The notes under the pieces: model-generated
Database searches by the model: none
The model's input: the letters and a program-made list of their open reading frames with translations, nothing else
What the model was told of the DNA's origin: nothing
Assembly: GCF_000315625.1 (NCBI RefSeq)
Contig: NW_005434548.1
Coordinates: 105,100 to 152,217 of the forward strand
Length of the DNA: 47,118 bases
Direction: 5' to 3'
DNA from: Guillardia theta CCMP2712
Lineage: Eukaryota; Protista; Cryptophyta
In this document: in pieces, positions 12,933 to 25,898 of the stretch
Numbering within the stretch: the first letter of the stretch is position 1
Layout: the number at the start of each line of letters is the position of its first letter
Translations under genes and position numbers: made by a program

Positions 12933-15900
12933 TCATCTCGGTGTGCCTGGGATAGGCGTGGACGGGATGCTGCCGCTCCCAATGTTGTTCGAGCTTCCTT
13001 GAGAAGAAATCCGCAGCCCTTGCCCCCCGTTGCTGGTCCCGTTGCCTGCTGCTTGTGAGTTGGGAGTTTGCGGTACGGAGTTTGTCCCGTTGGGGCCCAG
13101 GTCTGCCCAGACAGAAGACAGAGAGCTCTTCCGCCGCAGAGTGTGCGTCAGCTCCGAGAACCTGGCACGTCAGTCAGAACGTTCCAACTGAGAAGCAAGA
13201 GCAGGATAACATGCAAGAAGAGAGGGGGAGGAGGGTGGGGGGAGGGTAAGAGTCAAATACTAGCACAGCGCGATGTACTGACCTCTTCTCCCATTGCTCA
13301 GATTGTCCTGAAGCCTGGTACATTCTCCTTGCACGGAGCAGCCATGACCGCATGCTTGATTTGGTGGTAGCGTTCACTGCGTTCTGTTGGCAATGTCGCT
13401 GCCAAGTGTCGACATGCTGGTCGTAGAGCGCAATGACTTTCTGGGGCATCCATTGAGCGAGGATCTGCAGCAAGTCAGAAGAGGAGGAGGAGCAAGAAAT
13501 TGTCGAGACCTCCATCGTCGAGTCGATGCCCTCCCCCACAGGCACAAGCTGCTCCAACCATGGCCAGAGAGAGTCCATGATGCCGTTAGGTTGCGTAACG
13601 ATCTGGCTGCCCAGTGCCTCCAGCCCCCGCTTCAGAGCCTCGTAGGCTAGCTGAGGGTTGTCACAGGCCATGGACACCAAGATAGAAGTCGCTTGCGTGT
13701 ACAGCCCCTCTCGTACCAGAACTTCACATCGAACTTCGGGCCTGCAATGTCCACGTTAATGAGCTACTTGTGGCAACTCAAGCGAGAAACTCACTTGCAG
13801 TTAGCGTCGTTGAGCGCGAGCGACTGGAGCTGCTGACGTCTGAGTCCAAACTTCTGAGGGGAACAGAGCCGTTGAAGGGCTTGCAAGTGCTCCCAGGAAG
13901 GTTCCCACCACATCTGGAGCTCGCCCAGGAGGAGCGCTCCGTTTGTGTCGCCGATGCTCTCTGCCGCATCTATGAAGGACTGCAAAACCTCATGAGCCTG
14001 CCATCCAACCAGAGCAACAAGGAACGTACTTGTAGATCGCATGAACGGTAGTTGCGGGTGTTCTCGAAGTGAGCGTAAGGCACTTCATGTGCGGGCGGTG
14101 CTCCTACGAGGTTCGCGTTCGTTGCCCACTTGACGGCCTCGGCGGTCTCATGTGCTGTTAGGAGCGCACCAGCTACTGACATCTGGGCCTGCTCGAAGGG
14201 TCAGACCCCGCGCCACAACAAGAAGGAAACCCACCTGAGGGCTGATCTGCTCCGGATTCAGCGACGCCAGGAGCGGCTGGAAGGACACCATTCCAAGCTT
14301 TGGCACAAGTTCTGACAGGGCCCAAGTGACGAGCGTCGGGCCATCGTTCTTGTCGTTCCGGGATCCAGCAACGAAGATCACCGAGGCAGCCCCGCAATGA
14401 TCCCCAGCTCTACTTAACAGCTTGGCGCAGTTGAGGGCCAGTACAGGCATTGCGACCGTGCACAACGCTGCAAGCCTCTCCACAGTGTACATGCTCGAGG
14501 AATAGAGAGAACCGAGGGGGGCATCACTGAGTGGGTGGCGGAGAGCGTTGGAAAGATCCTCAGAAACCTGTGCTCAAGGAATCAGAGGAGCTGCTTGAGT
14601 TGTACTGCACGTCGATGAGGATCTTACTTGTCTCGCCCACTCCTCGGCGTCTCGTCTTGCCGACTCGACAGCATTGGAGACCTCACCGTACTGGTTCCTC
14701 TGCTGCAGCTCTTGCGCAGACATCTGAGAAACCACGTGCTCTACCAGCCACTGAACGTACGGCATCCTGTTCTGGATCAACTGGTCACCATGGCCAATCT
14801 CCTTCTCATAATCCCCAAACGCGCAGTACCTACAGCAATGCTCAGCAAGGTCAAAACGCAAGGGGGCGCTTACATTGCAAGCCTGATTGCAATGTCCGAT
14901 TGATTGCAGCTGGCCAACTCGGCACAAACTGGCACGCACTTGCCTCCTCCTGCTAAAGCGCTCTGGCCGAAGACCATGGGGAGAACCTCTGCATGCCTGC
15001 CGGCCCGTACCTGTCGCAGACGATCAGACAAAATCAAGGACAGAAAAAGAGATGCACATCACCATGTAAGCCAAAGACTTGGCCACGTGCCCATGAAAGA
15101 TAGCATAGTGGTACGCTTCTTTCCATCTTTGCGCTCTTTCCAGAACATGCAAACGAGCTCGTTGTAGAGTCTGCGCCTCACGTTGTCCCATCTCCCTGCA
15201 CTGGCCTTCCAGGATCGAGACTACCACAGGGTGCGTCCAACCTCGCTCACACGCACTCACAGCATGTGTCAAAGGAACGTGAGACATCTGTGGAGTTCCA
15301 CCAGCAACTTCCTTTGCGGCCAACTTGCTCAGTCGCTTCAGTCTCTGAGCCATGATCGCCAAGGCCTGAGGAGGAACGCTCCGTGTCGACGTGTGAACGA
15401 TGGCTAGAACCCAATACTTCTCCAGTTGCTCGATGATAGCTTTGTAGGCCGCGTATGTCCCTTTGCACCACTTGTGCTTGGCATCTTGAGCTGCACCAGG
15501 GCGCCATGTGTTGATGACAATGGAAGAGGTAATGCCGTCTAGTACTGCAAGAGTTGTGCGTGGGCCCTTGGGACCGGATAGGTGACCAACAATCGCTTTC
15601 ATGGCACTGCCAGTCTGATCAGAACGAAAGTAAGATACCTCCCCACCATGATTACCTTGAGGCTACGTCTGTCACATGCTGGAAAGAATGATTGAAGACG
15701 CCACCAGGTCCCGGATCACCATCACGGTAGCGATGGAACGCTAGCAGGCCATTCACACACCATCGATGTGCTTCCATCTGTGCAGCTTCGTCGCATCCCA
15801 ACGCCGGCAGCAACGGGCTGTTCGAAAGCATCTCTGTACGAGTAAATTCTCGCAAAGCCCGCCAGTATGGGTCCTTGTCATGAGCATGACAATGTCCCAC

Positions 15901-18758
15901 TCTCAACCAGCCCTGATGCCAGGTTAGAAGCCATGATGAATCATACAGCTAGGTTCTCTCACCTGACATGCGGAAGCTTTGAAATCACACACATAGCAGA
16001 AGCAATTCGGGCAGTATGTCTCGTTGTTCCCTCCTTCCACACCAACCCTATCTTTCACAATCTGGTACAACACCACGTCAGAGAATTTCTTCATCGAGCT
16101 CATCATCTCGCCTTGAAAGGTCGATTTACGCAGTGAGCACGGGCATGTGGAAGGTCAGAGCTGAATGTTCCGATGCTTCCGACGATAACCAAATCATCTT
16201 CATCGGATTCTTGTGTAGCACCGTTTGGGAATTCCTGCTTGCCTGGCATGCCCGGTTGAATAGGCGGCTGTCCCCCTTGCTGCTGGGGTGCCCCTTGGCT
16301 ACCCTGCAAAGTCGGACTTTGTTGGACAGCAGGGCTTTGTTGCATCTGGTTGTTCTGAAACGGCATCATTTGTTGTGAATGCTGATTGGCAGAACTGTTA
16401 GCCGAGTTTTGCATTGCCTGAGGTGTTTGCGAATGCATCGGGGACTGCAAACCCTGATTCATTGCTCCTCCAGTTGGTGTCATCACATTGCCAGGCCCAC
16501 GACCAGCCTGATTCTGCTGCTGCTGCTGCTGCTGCTGCGGTTGCTGCTGCTGTTGCTGTTGAGGTGAGGCTTGATGCGGCGCAGTAGGCTGCGCTTGTTG
16601 ACCTGCCTGACCTGGCTGGGGCATCTGTTGTCCTGGAGGCATTTGTTGTTGCATTGGCATCCCCTGTCCACTCCCCCATCCCATTTGACCTGAACCCCCA
16701 ACTGGCATCGAGGAATGATGCACCGATCCAGAAGGCATCTGATTGCCTTGAGGAGGCATCGCTGGAGATGCACCCGGATTCGATCCTGAAGATCTGGCAA
16801 GAGCAGCAAGATCTTGCTGTGCAGCTATCAAATTTTGGTGCGCAGCCTCGATAATCAAACTTGGCATCTGCTGTTGCAATTGCATCTGGGCCTCAGGTGG
16901 ACAGATTCTCCTACACCATCAGTCAATGACGCTCTAGTTTCTCACAAACAAACCACCTTATAGCTGCTAGGAGAGAAGCACAGCGTTGCAAGGCCTCCAA
17001 AATTCTCGAATGGCAAGTTTGCAGCCGATTTCCAACGCTTTGCAGCGAGGGAGGAGGTCCCATCTGTTGGCTGTTGCTAGCATGAATCGATGGTGATGTC
17101 TGCGCAGGAGCACCAGCTACAGGTTGCTGCTGTGTAGGCTGTTGCTGAACTTGAACCTGCGGCAAACAATCAGCTTTCTTTATCTTTCTCTATTGGGCCT
17201 GGTGGAGTCCTTACATTCGGCATTCGATGTTGCTGCTGGAATTGTTGCTGGTGGGGAGAGGCTTGCTGCTGTTGATACTGAGGGTGTTGGCCTGGCATTT
17301 GGCTTTGGTGATGATAAGGCGAGCCAGCCTGGAGCTGCTGGGGAGACTGCTGAGCAGCCTGAGGAGGGGCTTGCGGCATTGACCCTTGTTGCGAGTGCAT
17401 CTGTTGCTGCTGTCCGTACGGCTGGCCCTGCATCATTTGTGACTGCGCAGCCTGCGCCATCATTCCGTGCTGGTACTGATGACCAGGATGTTGGGGCGAA
17501 GGTTGTCCACGGGCATTGGCCATCATAGTATGTTGCGGACGCTGTCCCACCGGAGCTTGTGAAGGGTATTGTCCATGTACATTTGGCTGCATGGACGACT
17601 GCGATTGTTGCACCCCTACCTGCTGTTGCATCTGTGGGTGAACAGATGGGTTCTGCGGCATACCTTGCCTTTGAGCCGCTTGTTGCTGTTGCATGTACTG
17701 AACCTGAGCAGAAGCATTGTGCATCATTTGCTGTTGCTGTTGCTGCGGGGATGGCTGCTGCGGGGATGGCTGCTGCTGCTGAAACTGAGGCGACTGGGCA
17801 TGTGCGTGCGGTGGCATCCCAGCGCCCATACCTGGGGGGAGCCCTCCTATTGATCCTGAGGAAGGCATACCATGAGGATGCATTCCACCCTGCATGCCAT
17901 GAGGAGAAGGTGCGCTGCCCGACGGGGTCCGCACGATTCCTGCTGCGCCCTGGTTCATACCCATCCCTCCTGGTCCCATACCCATCTGCCCCTGATTCAT
18001 TGATGGAGACATTGGACCCATGCCAACTTGACCAGGCATCGACTGCTGATTCTGCATCATGCCAGGATGTGATTGGCTCTGCAACGAAAATCACAATCAG
18101 CATACAACAAAGCAAACATCATCACGCTTACTGGCATTCCTTGCGACATAGAGTTTCGAGGTGTGCCACTCATTTGATCTGGAGCACCTCCCATGTCAAG
18201 CTGATTCGAGCCTGAATTTTGCATGTCATCTGCAGGAGACGCGGCGGTCAAACTCGGAGTGCTGTTTTTCCGTCCGCGCCCCGCACCAGTCGAAGAAGAA
18301 CCTTTGTTATTACTCGGAGGACGACCAACCGCATTCCTTGCGCTCGCATTATTAGTTGCAACTGTCTGTATCATCCCCTGCGATGCACTAGTCATGTTCG
18401 CTGCCTGCGATGAAACCTGCGACACGGGAAGTTGGCTCGAAGACTGTTGCATATGAGCAGATGATTGCGATTGAGACACCATCGGCATTTGTGGATGACC
18501 CTGCGATGGTGTCTGCTGCGTCTGCTGCATCGAGCGATTTGCTGATTGCGGTGCACTAGTTGCTGGCTCATTGGTACCAGGTCCCCCACCCCAAAGAAGA
18601 GCTTCTGGAGATTCTGGCATTTCAAACTCAGCAAGGCTACTGCTAGCATCGCCCTGCCCCAATGCATCGCCAAGCACTGCATCGTTATCCAGGTCATCTC
18701 CGAAGAGATCATTTAAAAACATTGAATCCGAATCTAGATTCATTATGCCTTCGTCCAT
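12933..18758 (-). CDS. Large multi-exon protein: Q/P/M-rich N-terminus, RIN13-like Cys/His domain, alpha-helical C-terminus resembling bacterial SWIM-family proteins
   Basis: Consecutive minus-strand exons joined by short introns. The spliced motif reads DLPHARAHCVNRPFK...YCPNCFCYVCDFKASACQGW...HCHAHDKDPYWRALR. The last exon ends ...PSTPIPGTPR* at 12933. Confidence 0.75.
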
Positions 18759-19599
18759 ATCACCAAATCATGCAGAAGGTTAAGTGAAAAGTTGCTAGTG
18801 CAACTTTTACAAGGAGATTGTAAGACTCTGCAAACAACAAAACTGTCATTCAGGAAAGGCAATCAACCCTGCAAAGGGTTTGCGAACAAATGGGCAGCAT
18901 GCACGAAAATTCATGTCGAATGATATATGAAACAATTCCATCAATCAAACACAATGTGAAATTTTGGGAGCAGAGAAACTCATGTGATCAAGTGTGGACA
19001 AAAACAGATGATGAAACTGTTTCATTCCACAGAGCCACGTGATCGCAACATATTGCATGATAAGAAGCAACACAAGGAATGTTTTTGTCCATTTGCAATA
19101 GCTATGCAGCTATTCAGATTTGAATGGACAAAAACGTGAGAGCTTATGAACATAAATCTAGAGCGAGCACAAGTAGATCGATCATGGGAAATCCGACATC
19201 GCATCCGAGCGACATGCGTCGCAACCCACGTAAAACATTCTTGAAAAATCTCAAAACCGTCAAAGACATAGATTCACGAGATACGCGTTCTACTTGTCCC
19301 TCATCACTCATTTTCTTGTCGTTTTCTAAAGAATGCCCACCCCCACGTAAAATACTCCGGCTGTCGATAGTTCCGCCAAGCACGACGAATCGATATCTCG
19401 CAGTTTTCAAATCGCCCCCAACCCCTTGCAGCATCGCTTTGCAACGACGAGTCATGGCTCTGATGCCTCAAAGTGTTACATCTATGTGTAGCATGCTCCA
19501 CTGAGTTGCCTGTTCCTGCCCTGCTCCTTCATCTACTCCTCCCTCCCCCCTTTCTCTGTTTCTGCGTCTGCCATGGCGGAGGAAGGCGCCTAGCCCGTG

Positions 19600-21360
19600 G
19601 CCTTAACCTATAAATCGGCTATTAGCCGATGAAAAAATTCTACCCCCTCCTTTCCCATCGACTACCCCTCAGATTACCCCTCCTCTTTCGCTCCATAGCT
19701 CCTTCCCCACACCCCTGTCCAGCGACTACCTACCCCACATACCGACTACCCCTGGCTTGGAATTGATCACCCTGCTATTGCTGCAGAGTGGTCACCCAGC
19801 ACCCTTCACACGTAGACTACCCTGGTAGTCTACCGCGTCGCACATCACCCTACCCCCAATTTTCAAGTATTTTTGTGTTCTTCTTACCCGTTCTGATTCC
19901 AGCGTATGCTTGATCCTGATAGGGCTCGGTCTCACCCCACCTCCACTCTCACAACCTCACTTTACCACCACTCACCAGGTGAGTGAGATTGGGGTAACCC
20001 GTGCACGCGAGAGCCCACCGGTGCTCATAAACAGCTTGCGAATGGGTACCTGGTCGGTCACCGACCCACCTTTGTTGTGCTACTATGTTTCAATGACCCA
20101 CCATATGTACAATCACCAGTGACTACCTCACCCACCTGTGGACTATTTGAAATAGGAAAAGATACCGGTGAAAGTGGATAGTTACGACTCCACTACTACC
20201 CACCACATCATCCTCGCCTGTCTCACCCCACCCTTAATTCTCCGACTCTTTCTAAGATAACCCACCCCTGCCCCTTCGCCCTCCTCGCACAAATTCAAAT
20301 CCTGGTCTTGACTACCCTATCTGTCGACTCAAATCACCCTCATGGAAGTACCTCTCCCATACTACCCCACCATACTTCTCAGCAAGTGCACGAAATAGCC
20401 AACATCAGCTTATTAGCTCCTGTGGACTTTAAAGGACCGACGAAAACATCCCACCCCCTTTTTCCTCTGTGATGACCCTGTCCTACCACCCTCACCCCCT
20501 TTATTTCATTTATTGCCTAATCAAAATGACCCTCTCCACTGCTACCAAATCCGAAGTACCGACGACCCTACTTTCCTATCCCGCACCCTACCCCCAGATT
20601 ACTATTGGAAATCATGGGGTACCTGCATTCTAAGTTACTCCACCAGTATATACCTATCGGGGTGTACTACCCCCACATTATACCACCCACCCCTCAAAAA
20701 CACCCCTCCTGTGCAACGGAACATAGGGACCCCACTACCATTCCCTAAAAAATCTCTGGGTGACAAAATCGGAGGGTCGGATGTTCGTGTGAAGTACGAA
20801 CTCCACTGTACCCCACCCCGGTCATGATGTACCCCCACCCCACCTCCGAACTTGATCCTCTGCCACTCACCCTCGGCTCAAAGTGTGTTAAAACTGTCCT
20901 AACTGGACCCTACCACCGTGCAGTACCACAATCACCCCCACCCTCTTCTCATGACTCTGATAATACCCCTACCCTATCTCAATGGACACATTTCCCAGAA
21001 GGACTGTTCCCACCCCCTCAACTAACTATAAGAGTACGGGTACGGTGGCAGAGATACAACTACCCCACCTAACAGGTTGAGAACAGGAGTCTCAGTGTGT
21101 AACTTCAATGGGGCCCTGCCTCGCCGCCGGAGGCCCCGGGCGGCCCGGTGGCGCCGCGCCGGGCCAGGGCCGGGCCAGGCCGGGCCGCAGTTGTGGGAAC
21201 TTTACTCAAAGTCTTGGGGGCTATCCCCCGTTGGGGTATGTGTGGGGATGAGGAAATTTGACCTTTTGTACAAAACATTGTATACTCTTCAAAATGTATT
21301 TTAATATGTATTTTAATATCTCCAAAATGTTTTATAAGGGGGAGGGGGTGGTGTTGCGCT
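19600..21360. promoter_or_regulatory. Extended intergenic module: ~1.45-kb ACCC-rich block, CCGG-rich core (21105-21190), GGGT/AT-rich tail
   Basis: Dense TACCC/CACCC on the + strand from 19640 to 21070, between head-to-head genes; no credible ORF. Confidence 0.45.
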
Positions 21361-22383
21361 TCCGTGATCAAAAACATTTTATCTCGGTTAAAATTGCTTG
21401 TAGACTTCTTTTAGGGGATGTCTGAAGACCAGAGGTTTTAAAAATTAATGACAGCGCTGTCACAGAGAAATACCGACCACTTAAATCGACCAAAATTTGA
21501 AAGGTTTCCTCGATTATCTCTCTCAACATTTCAACTAGGGAGAACTTGATTGATAAATGGTCAACATTTTGAAAAGTTGCCTCGGCGGAGAAACAAAACT
21601 TTTTAAGGAAAACATTTATAGATTGTAAAATTGTTTTAAGGGACAAGCTTTTGATGATCACCCGCATTGAAAGAAGCAGCGATGGACTGGAGGAGGCAAA
21701 GGGAAGAGAGGGAGGGGGGAGGAGAGGAGGAGTAGGCATGGAGAAGAGATAAGCAAAGACAGGGAGCCACTTTCTTGATGCAAGAAAGGAAGGGCCGATA
21801 TGCGAGAGGTATGGTGAGAGAGAAGTATGTTGGACGAGACAGGAAGAGTTGGATGGCATATAGGAGGAAGTTTAGGGGGCGTGAGGGGATGTAAGGAAAG
21901 GCCAATCGAAATGAACCCCTCAACAATCAAGTTTAAGTTTGGGATGTTAGGATGCTCTGACGAGGAAAAGCTGTGATTTCATATGAGTCGAGATATATCG
22001 TGCTTGTTTGTCACCTAAACTCAATTGATCGTTGTTTCTCACCTAAACTCAATTGATCGTTCGCACTGTCCTCGTATCTTTCGTCCAGTCTCCCCAATGA
22101 TCTGATGTCATGAGCTCAAGGTGCTCATCTCAAGATGTCATGAGCTCAAGATGTTCATCCCCGTGTTGATGTCGATGTTGCAAACCTTCCCTACTTGCCT
22201 TGTCAAGATGGTCGGCTCCACCTGAGGGTCGTTTCTACCTGAATTGCAAACACTCGGCCTGGAATGACTCGATGTTTGAAGTTCCAGGGCTCTGGCATGA
22301 ACTCGCGCGTGCTGGCCAGATTGCTGGACTGAGGGATCAGCTCCTCCTTGCATAGTTGTCAGTTTCACAGCTAAAGCTTGAAG

Positions 22384-23795
22384 ATGGACATCGATGCTGA
22401 CGAGTGCATGGAGATCGGTCATGGAGTTCATGTCGGGGCGCCGATGCCGGAGAATGAGGATGAAAGACTGAGGGTGCTGAAGATGATCAATGTGAGACAA
22501 CACCTCCTCTCTCACCAGCTGATTCTGTTGTGCACAGATCTTGGACTCGGAGCCGGAGGCCGATTTTGACAGGTGAGGATCGAGGAGGGTGGTAAAGGAA
22601 GAGGGAAGCAAGGAGTTGGCTATGAAGAGGGACGATGAGGAGGGGAGAGGAAATTTAATCTCACCTGGAGCGTCAGGATAACGGAGATCGCGTCCATGTG
22701 CTTCCGCAAGCCCATTGCACTTGTGAGTTTGTTGGACGAGGACAGGCAGTGGTTCAAGTCTCGCGTCGGGATGCCCAAGAGGGAGACAAGCAGGGATGTT
22801 GCCTTCTGCGGGCACGCGATCTTGCAAGACGGTCCGCTGCTGGTAGAGGACGCCACCAAGGACGACCGGTTCAAGTTCAGCCCCCTGGTGCAGCTCGATC
22901 CGAAGATCCGATTCTACTGTGGCATCCCACTTGAGGTGGAGCATAACGCGCAGAAGCACAAGGTGGGGACGCTGTGCGTCATCGACGACAAGCCGGACAA
23001 GATGGAGAAGCACGAGATTCGGCTTATGGAGAGCCTGGCCAAGCACGTGTCCAACCTCCTACAGCGCCGCTACTTCCTGCAGAACTCTCCTCCCAACTCT
23101 GTCACCCTGCAGTCTGTGCAGTCCCAGATGAATTCCTTCAACTCATCCTCCGGCCCTGAGTCCTTCAACTCTGAAAGGCATTCGCCGTTCCAACAGTATC
23201 AACAAGAGATCATTCAGGAGCAAGAGCAGTACTGTTCGCTAAAGCTGCAGCAGCAGAGCCTGCAATACCAGCAGCACCAGGACCAGCAGCACCAGCCCAT
23301 CCCAACACAAGGCCATTTCGGTTCTCCCACTTACCAGCAGCAGCAGCAGCAGTACCAAGCACCTGGCTTAAATGACCAGCAGAGTTGGCAGCAGCAGCAG
23401 CAGCAGCAGCAGCATGAAGGTCAGTATGAGTCTCAGCAGTACCAACACCAACAGCAGCACTACCTCCAACAGCCGCAGCCGCAGCCGCAGCAGCAAATTA
23501 ACCCGCACAATGGCTCGCATGAGAAGCTGAGTGGGTCATATCAACTACATCAGCATGAGGACCAGTACGGGTCTCAGCACTACCAGCACCATCAGCATGG
23601 AATACAGCAACAGAATCAGGGACTACATGGTCAACAGGATTTGCACTGTCAAAAACAGCAGCATGAAGATCAGTATGGGTGTCAACCATATCATCACCAG
23701 CCCCAACAGGGTATGCACCAACACCAACAACAGCAACGGCAACAGCAGGTGGCCATGAATCAAAATGTGCACCATCTGTCGCCGCCGCCGCCGCC

Positions 23796-23835
<40 letters not shown>

Positions 23836-23958
23836 TACCAGCAACAGCAACAGCAACAGCAACAGCACCAGCAACAGCACCAGCAACAGCACCAGCACCA
23901 GCATTACCACCAACAGCAGCAGCAGCAGCAATATTATCAGCAACATCAGCAGCAGTAC

Positions 23959-23993
<35 letters not shown>

Positions 23994-24201
23994 CCCCCAG
24001 CAGCAAAACTCTTTCAGCCCTGAGTCGATCAGGATGGAAGATTTCTTGAGCCACAAGATCCACAACCTCTCGCAAGGCAGCGACGCATTCGAGGAGATGA
24101 TGTACCGCTCGGATGAGATGATAGACGCCATCGCCCGGCAGCGTGCGCCAGAGAGATACGACAGGAACTCCAGGCTGACCGAGGAATCTGTTCAGAGGTG
24201 A
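22384..24201 (+). CDS. GAF sensor-domain protein with poly-Q tail
   Basis: Introns 22492-22537 and 22573-22676 give PENEDERLRVLKMINILDSEPEADFDRITEIA...PIALVSLLDEDRQWFKS...RDVAFCGHAIL...VEDATKDDRF...IRFYCGIPL...VGTLCVIDDKP, a canonical GAF motif set. Confidence 0.92.
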
Positions 24202-24788
24202 TGCAAGTGGGAAAATGGCTGCGGCATGAAGGGGCAAGGACGGGGGGAAGTTTGGAGAGGGAAGAGGTTGGGGGATGCATGCGCGAGACGGGAGGAGAGA
24301 GAACGGGAGGAGAGGAAGCAAAGCGTGACCTTGGAATGTGTCAGGTTCGAACAGTACAAGAATGAGTCCAGCTTCGAGGTCAGCTCCCCCCTTTGCTCCT
24401 CCCATCTCGTGACCAGAACACCAGGTTGCTCTCGTCAAGTTCCTTCAGAGTGCCGAGGTAGACGGGTGAGCGCGTCAGGGAGGAGCTGACGGCGTTGGGA
24501 CTGCAGTTCACTCTCCCTCCCGAGATTGCCGCGCATCCAGCCATGAGCACATGGAGTTCTCCAGTCGGAGGGATGATTCAGGTGAGGGGACATGCTTCCT
24601 GCCGCAGCTGACGCAGGAACAGGGTGGTCGGGGCGAGATGGGTCAGCTTGCAGAGGAGATGGGGATGATGGCGGGTAAGTGAGGATGGCGGGAGTATCAG
24701 GTGGGTGCTGACAAGGCACAGGGAGCGCTATACTGGAGTCGCCGAGCTTCAGTTCCGCCTTCTTCGGAGGGAATGCGCTGGGCCTAAA

Positions 24789-25898
24789 TCAGACTAACCA
24801 TCCGACGAACTCAAACGGGTCGTCGATGATGCGCTCGCCGGTGTTCCAGGGGTTTCGAAGCTGAAGCTCCCGCCCCTCGTCTCAGCGAACGAGCCACCAA
24901 CGTCAGGCACGGGGAGGCCAAGTCAGGGATGCCGGACAGCTTCGTGGCGAGAGCCATGGACTGTTTTTTGACATTTTTGTTTCGACGCAAGCATAAGATG
25001 TTGGAGATTGTACATTTGTGATGTAGCTCGTTGATTGTCGTGATGGCGAACTCGTGCCCCCTCCCTCTTCCTCCCCTTCGTCTTGTGCCCCCTTATCCTT
25101 CCTCCTCTTCCTCCTCGTCTCGACATTTAACATTGCTTTGGGCCTCCAAGGTATCTGTTGGTGAAATCGTACGGCGGTTTTCCGTATCCTTTCCTGCAAA
25201 GGGTGTCAACAAAGGAAAGGTGTCCAAGTCAAAAGCTCACAGCCCAACTTTCAACTCTCTTGGCTTCTTGATCTTGTCGCGCCAGTCATACTTGAACTGG
25301 TCCGGGTCAAGCTCCACTTTCGCACCAGCCCCGAGAAGGAAAGCTTTGTCCTTCATGAGGGTCTTCACGATCCTGCAGTGACAGGAGGGAGTGAGAGACC
25401 GACGGCAGGAGAGCCTCAAGGCAGGAGAGCCTCACTTCTTTCCGCGCTTGCTGTTGAAACGAATGTAGTATGACTGGTGGGATCGCTTTATCTCCACGTG
25501 GTGCGGCGTCTGAGTTGCCGTCTGTTTGCCTGTCGAGAGGATCTGAGGCGGGCAGGTTAGACTTTTACGGCTCGGAGCTGTCGCCCCCTGCGCCTCACCG
25601 TCTTCCGGTTCCTCAACGACTCTCTAGCTGGCTTCGGATTCGGCTGATTGTTCGCCTGCCACGTGGCTCAACGCTTGCAAGCATGCCGTCGCTCCCTCTC
25701 ACTCACCCGCTCAAACATGACGTGCGGATGGCGCCACTTGAAGTTTCCTCCCTTGCTACGAAATCCTCCGCGAGGCCCGCCTCTCCCCGTCCCTCCCCTC
25801 ATCCTCATCACCAGTCCGTCTCCAGCGTGTCCTTGCACGGACACACATGACGAGAGCAGCAGCACAAGCAGCAGCGATGTTCGGTTCCTATCTAACAT
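24789..25898 (-). CDS. Hypothetical basic protein with signal peptide and MRMRGG motif; 3' end uncertain
   Basis: Hydrophobic N-terminus (SLLLVLLLSSCVSVQG). Several frame-consistent GT-AG introns give ...VMFER|ANNQPNPK...RKT|ILSTGK...SKRGKK|IVKTLMKDK...YDWRDKIKKPRELK|ERIRK. Confidence 0.55.

Noticed and set aside
19640-21070. Interstitial telomeric repeat or intact retroelement
   Set aside because: No tandem CCCTAA/CCCTAAA array and no RT, integrase or endonuclease motif seen; a decayed TE origin cannot be excluded.
21368-21859. AT-rich minus-strand ORF, possible viral or TE fragment
   Set aside because: The first half is low-complexity pyrimidine tract, and no recognisable domain, terminal repeats or target-site duplication is present.
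22005-22160. Two short two-copy tandem duplications (~28-30 bp)
   Set aside because: Simple slippage duplications upstream of the GAF gene with no further structure.
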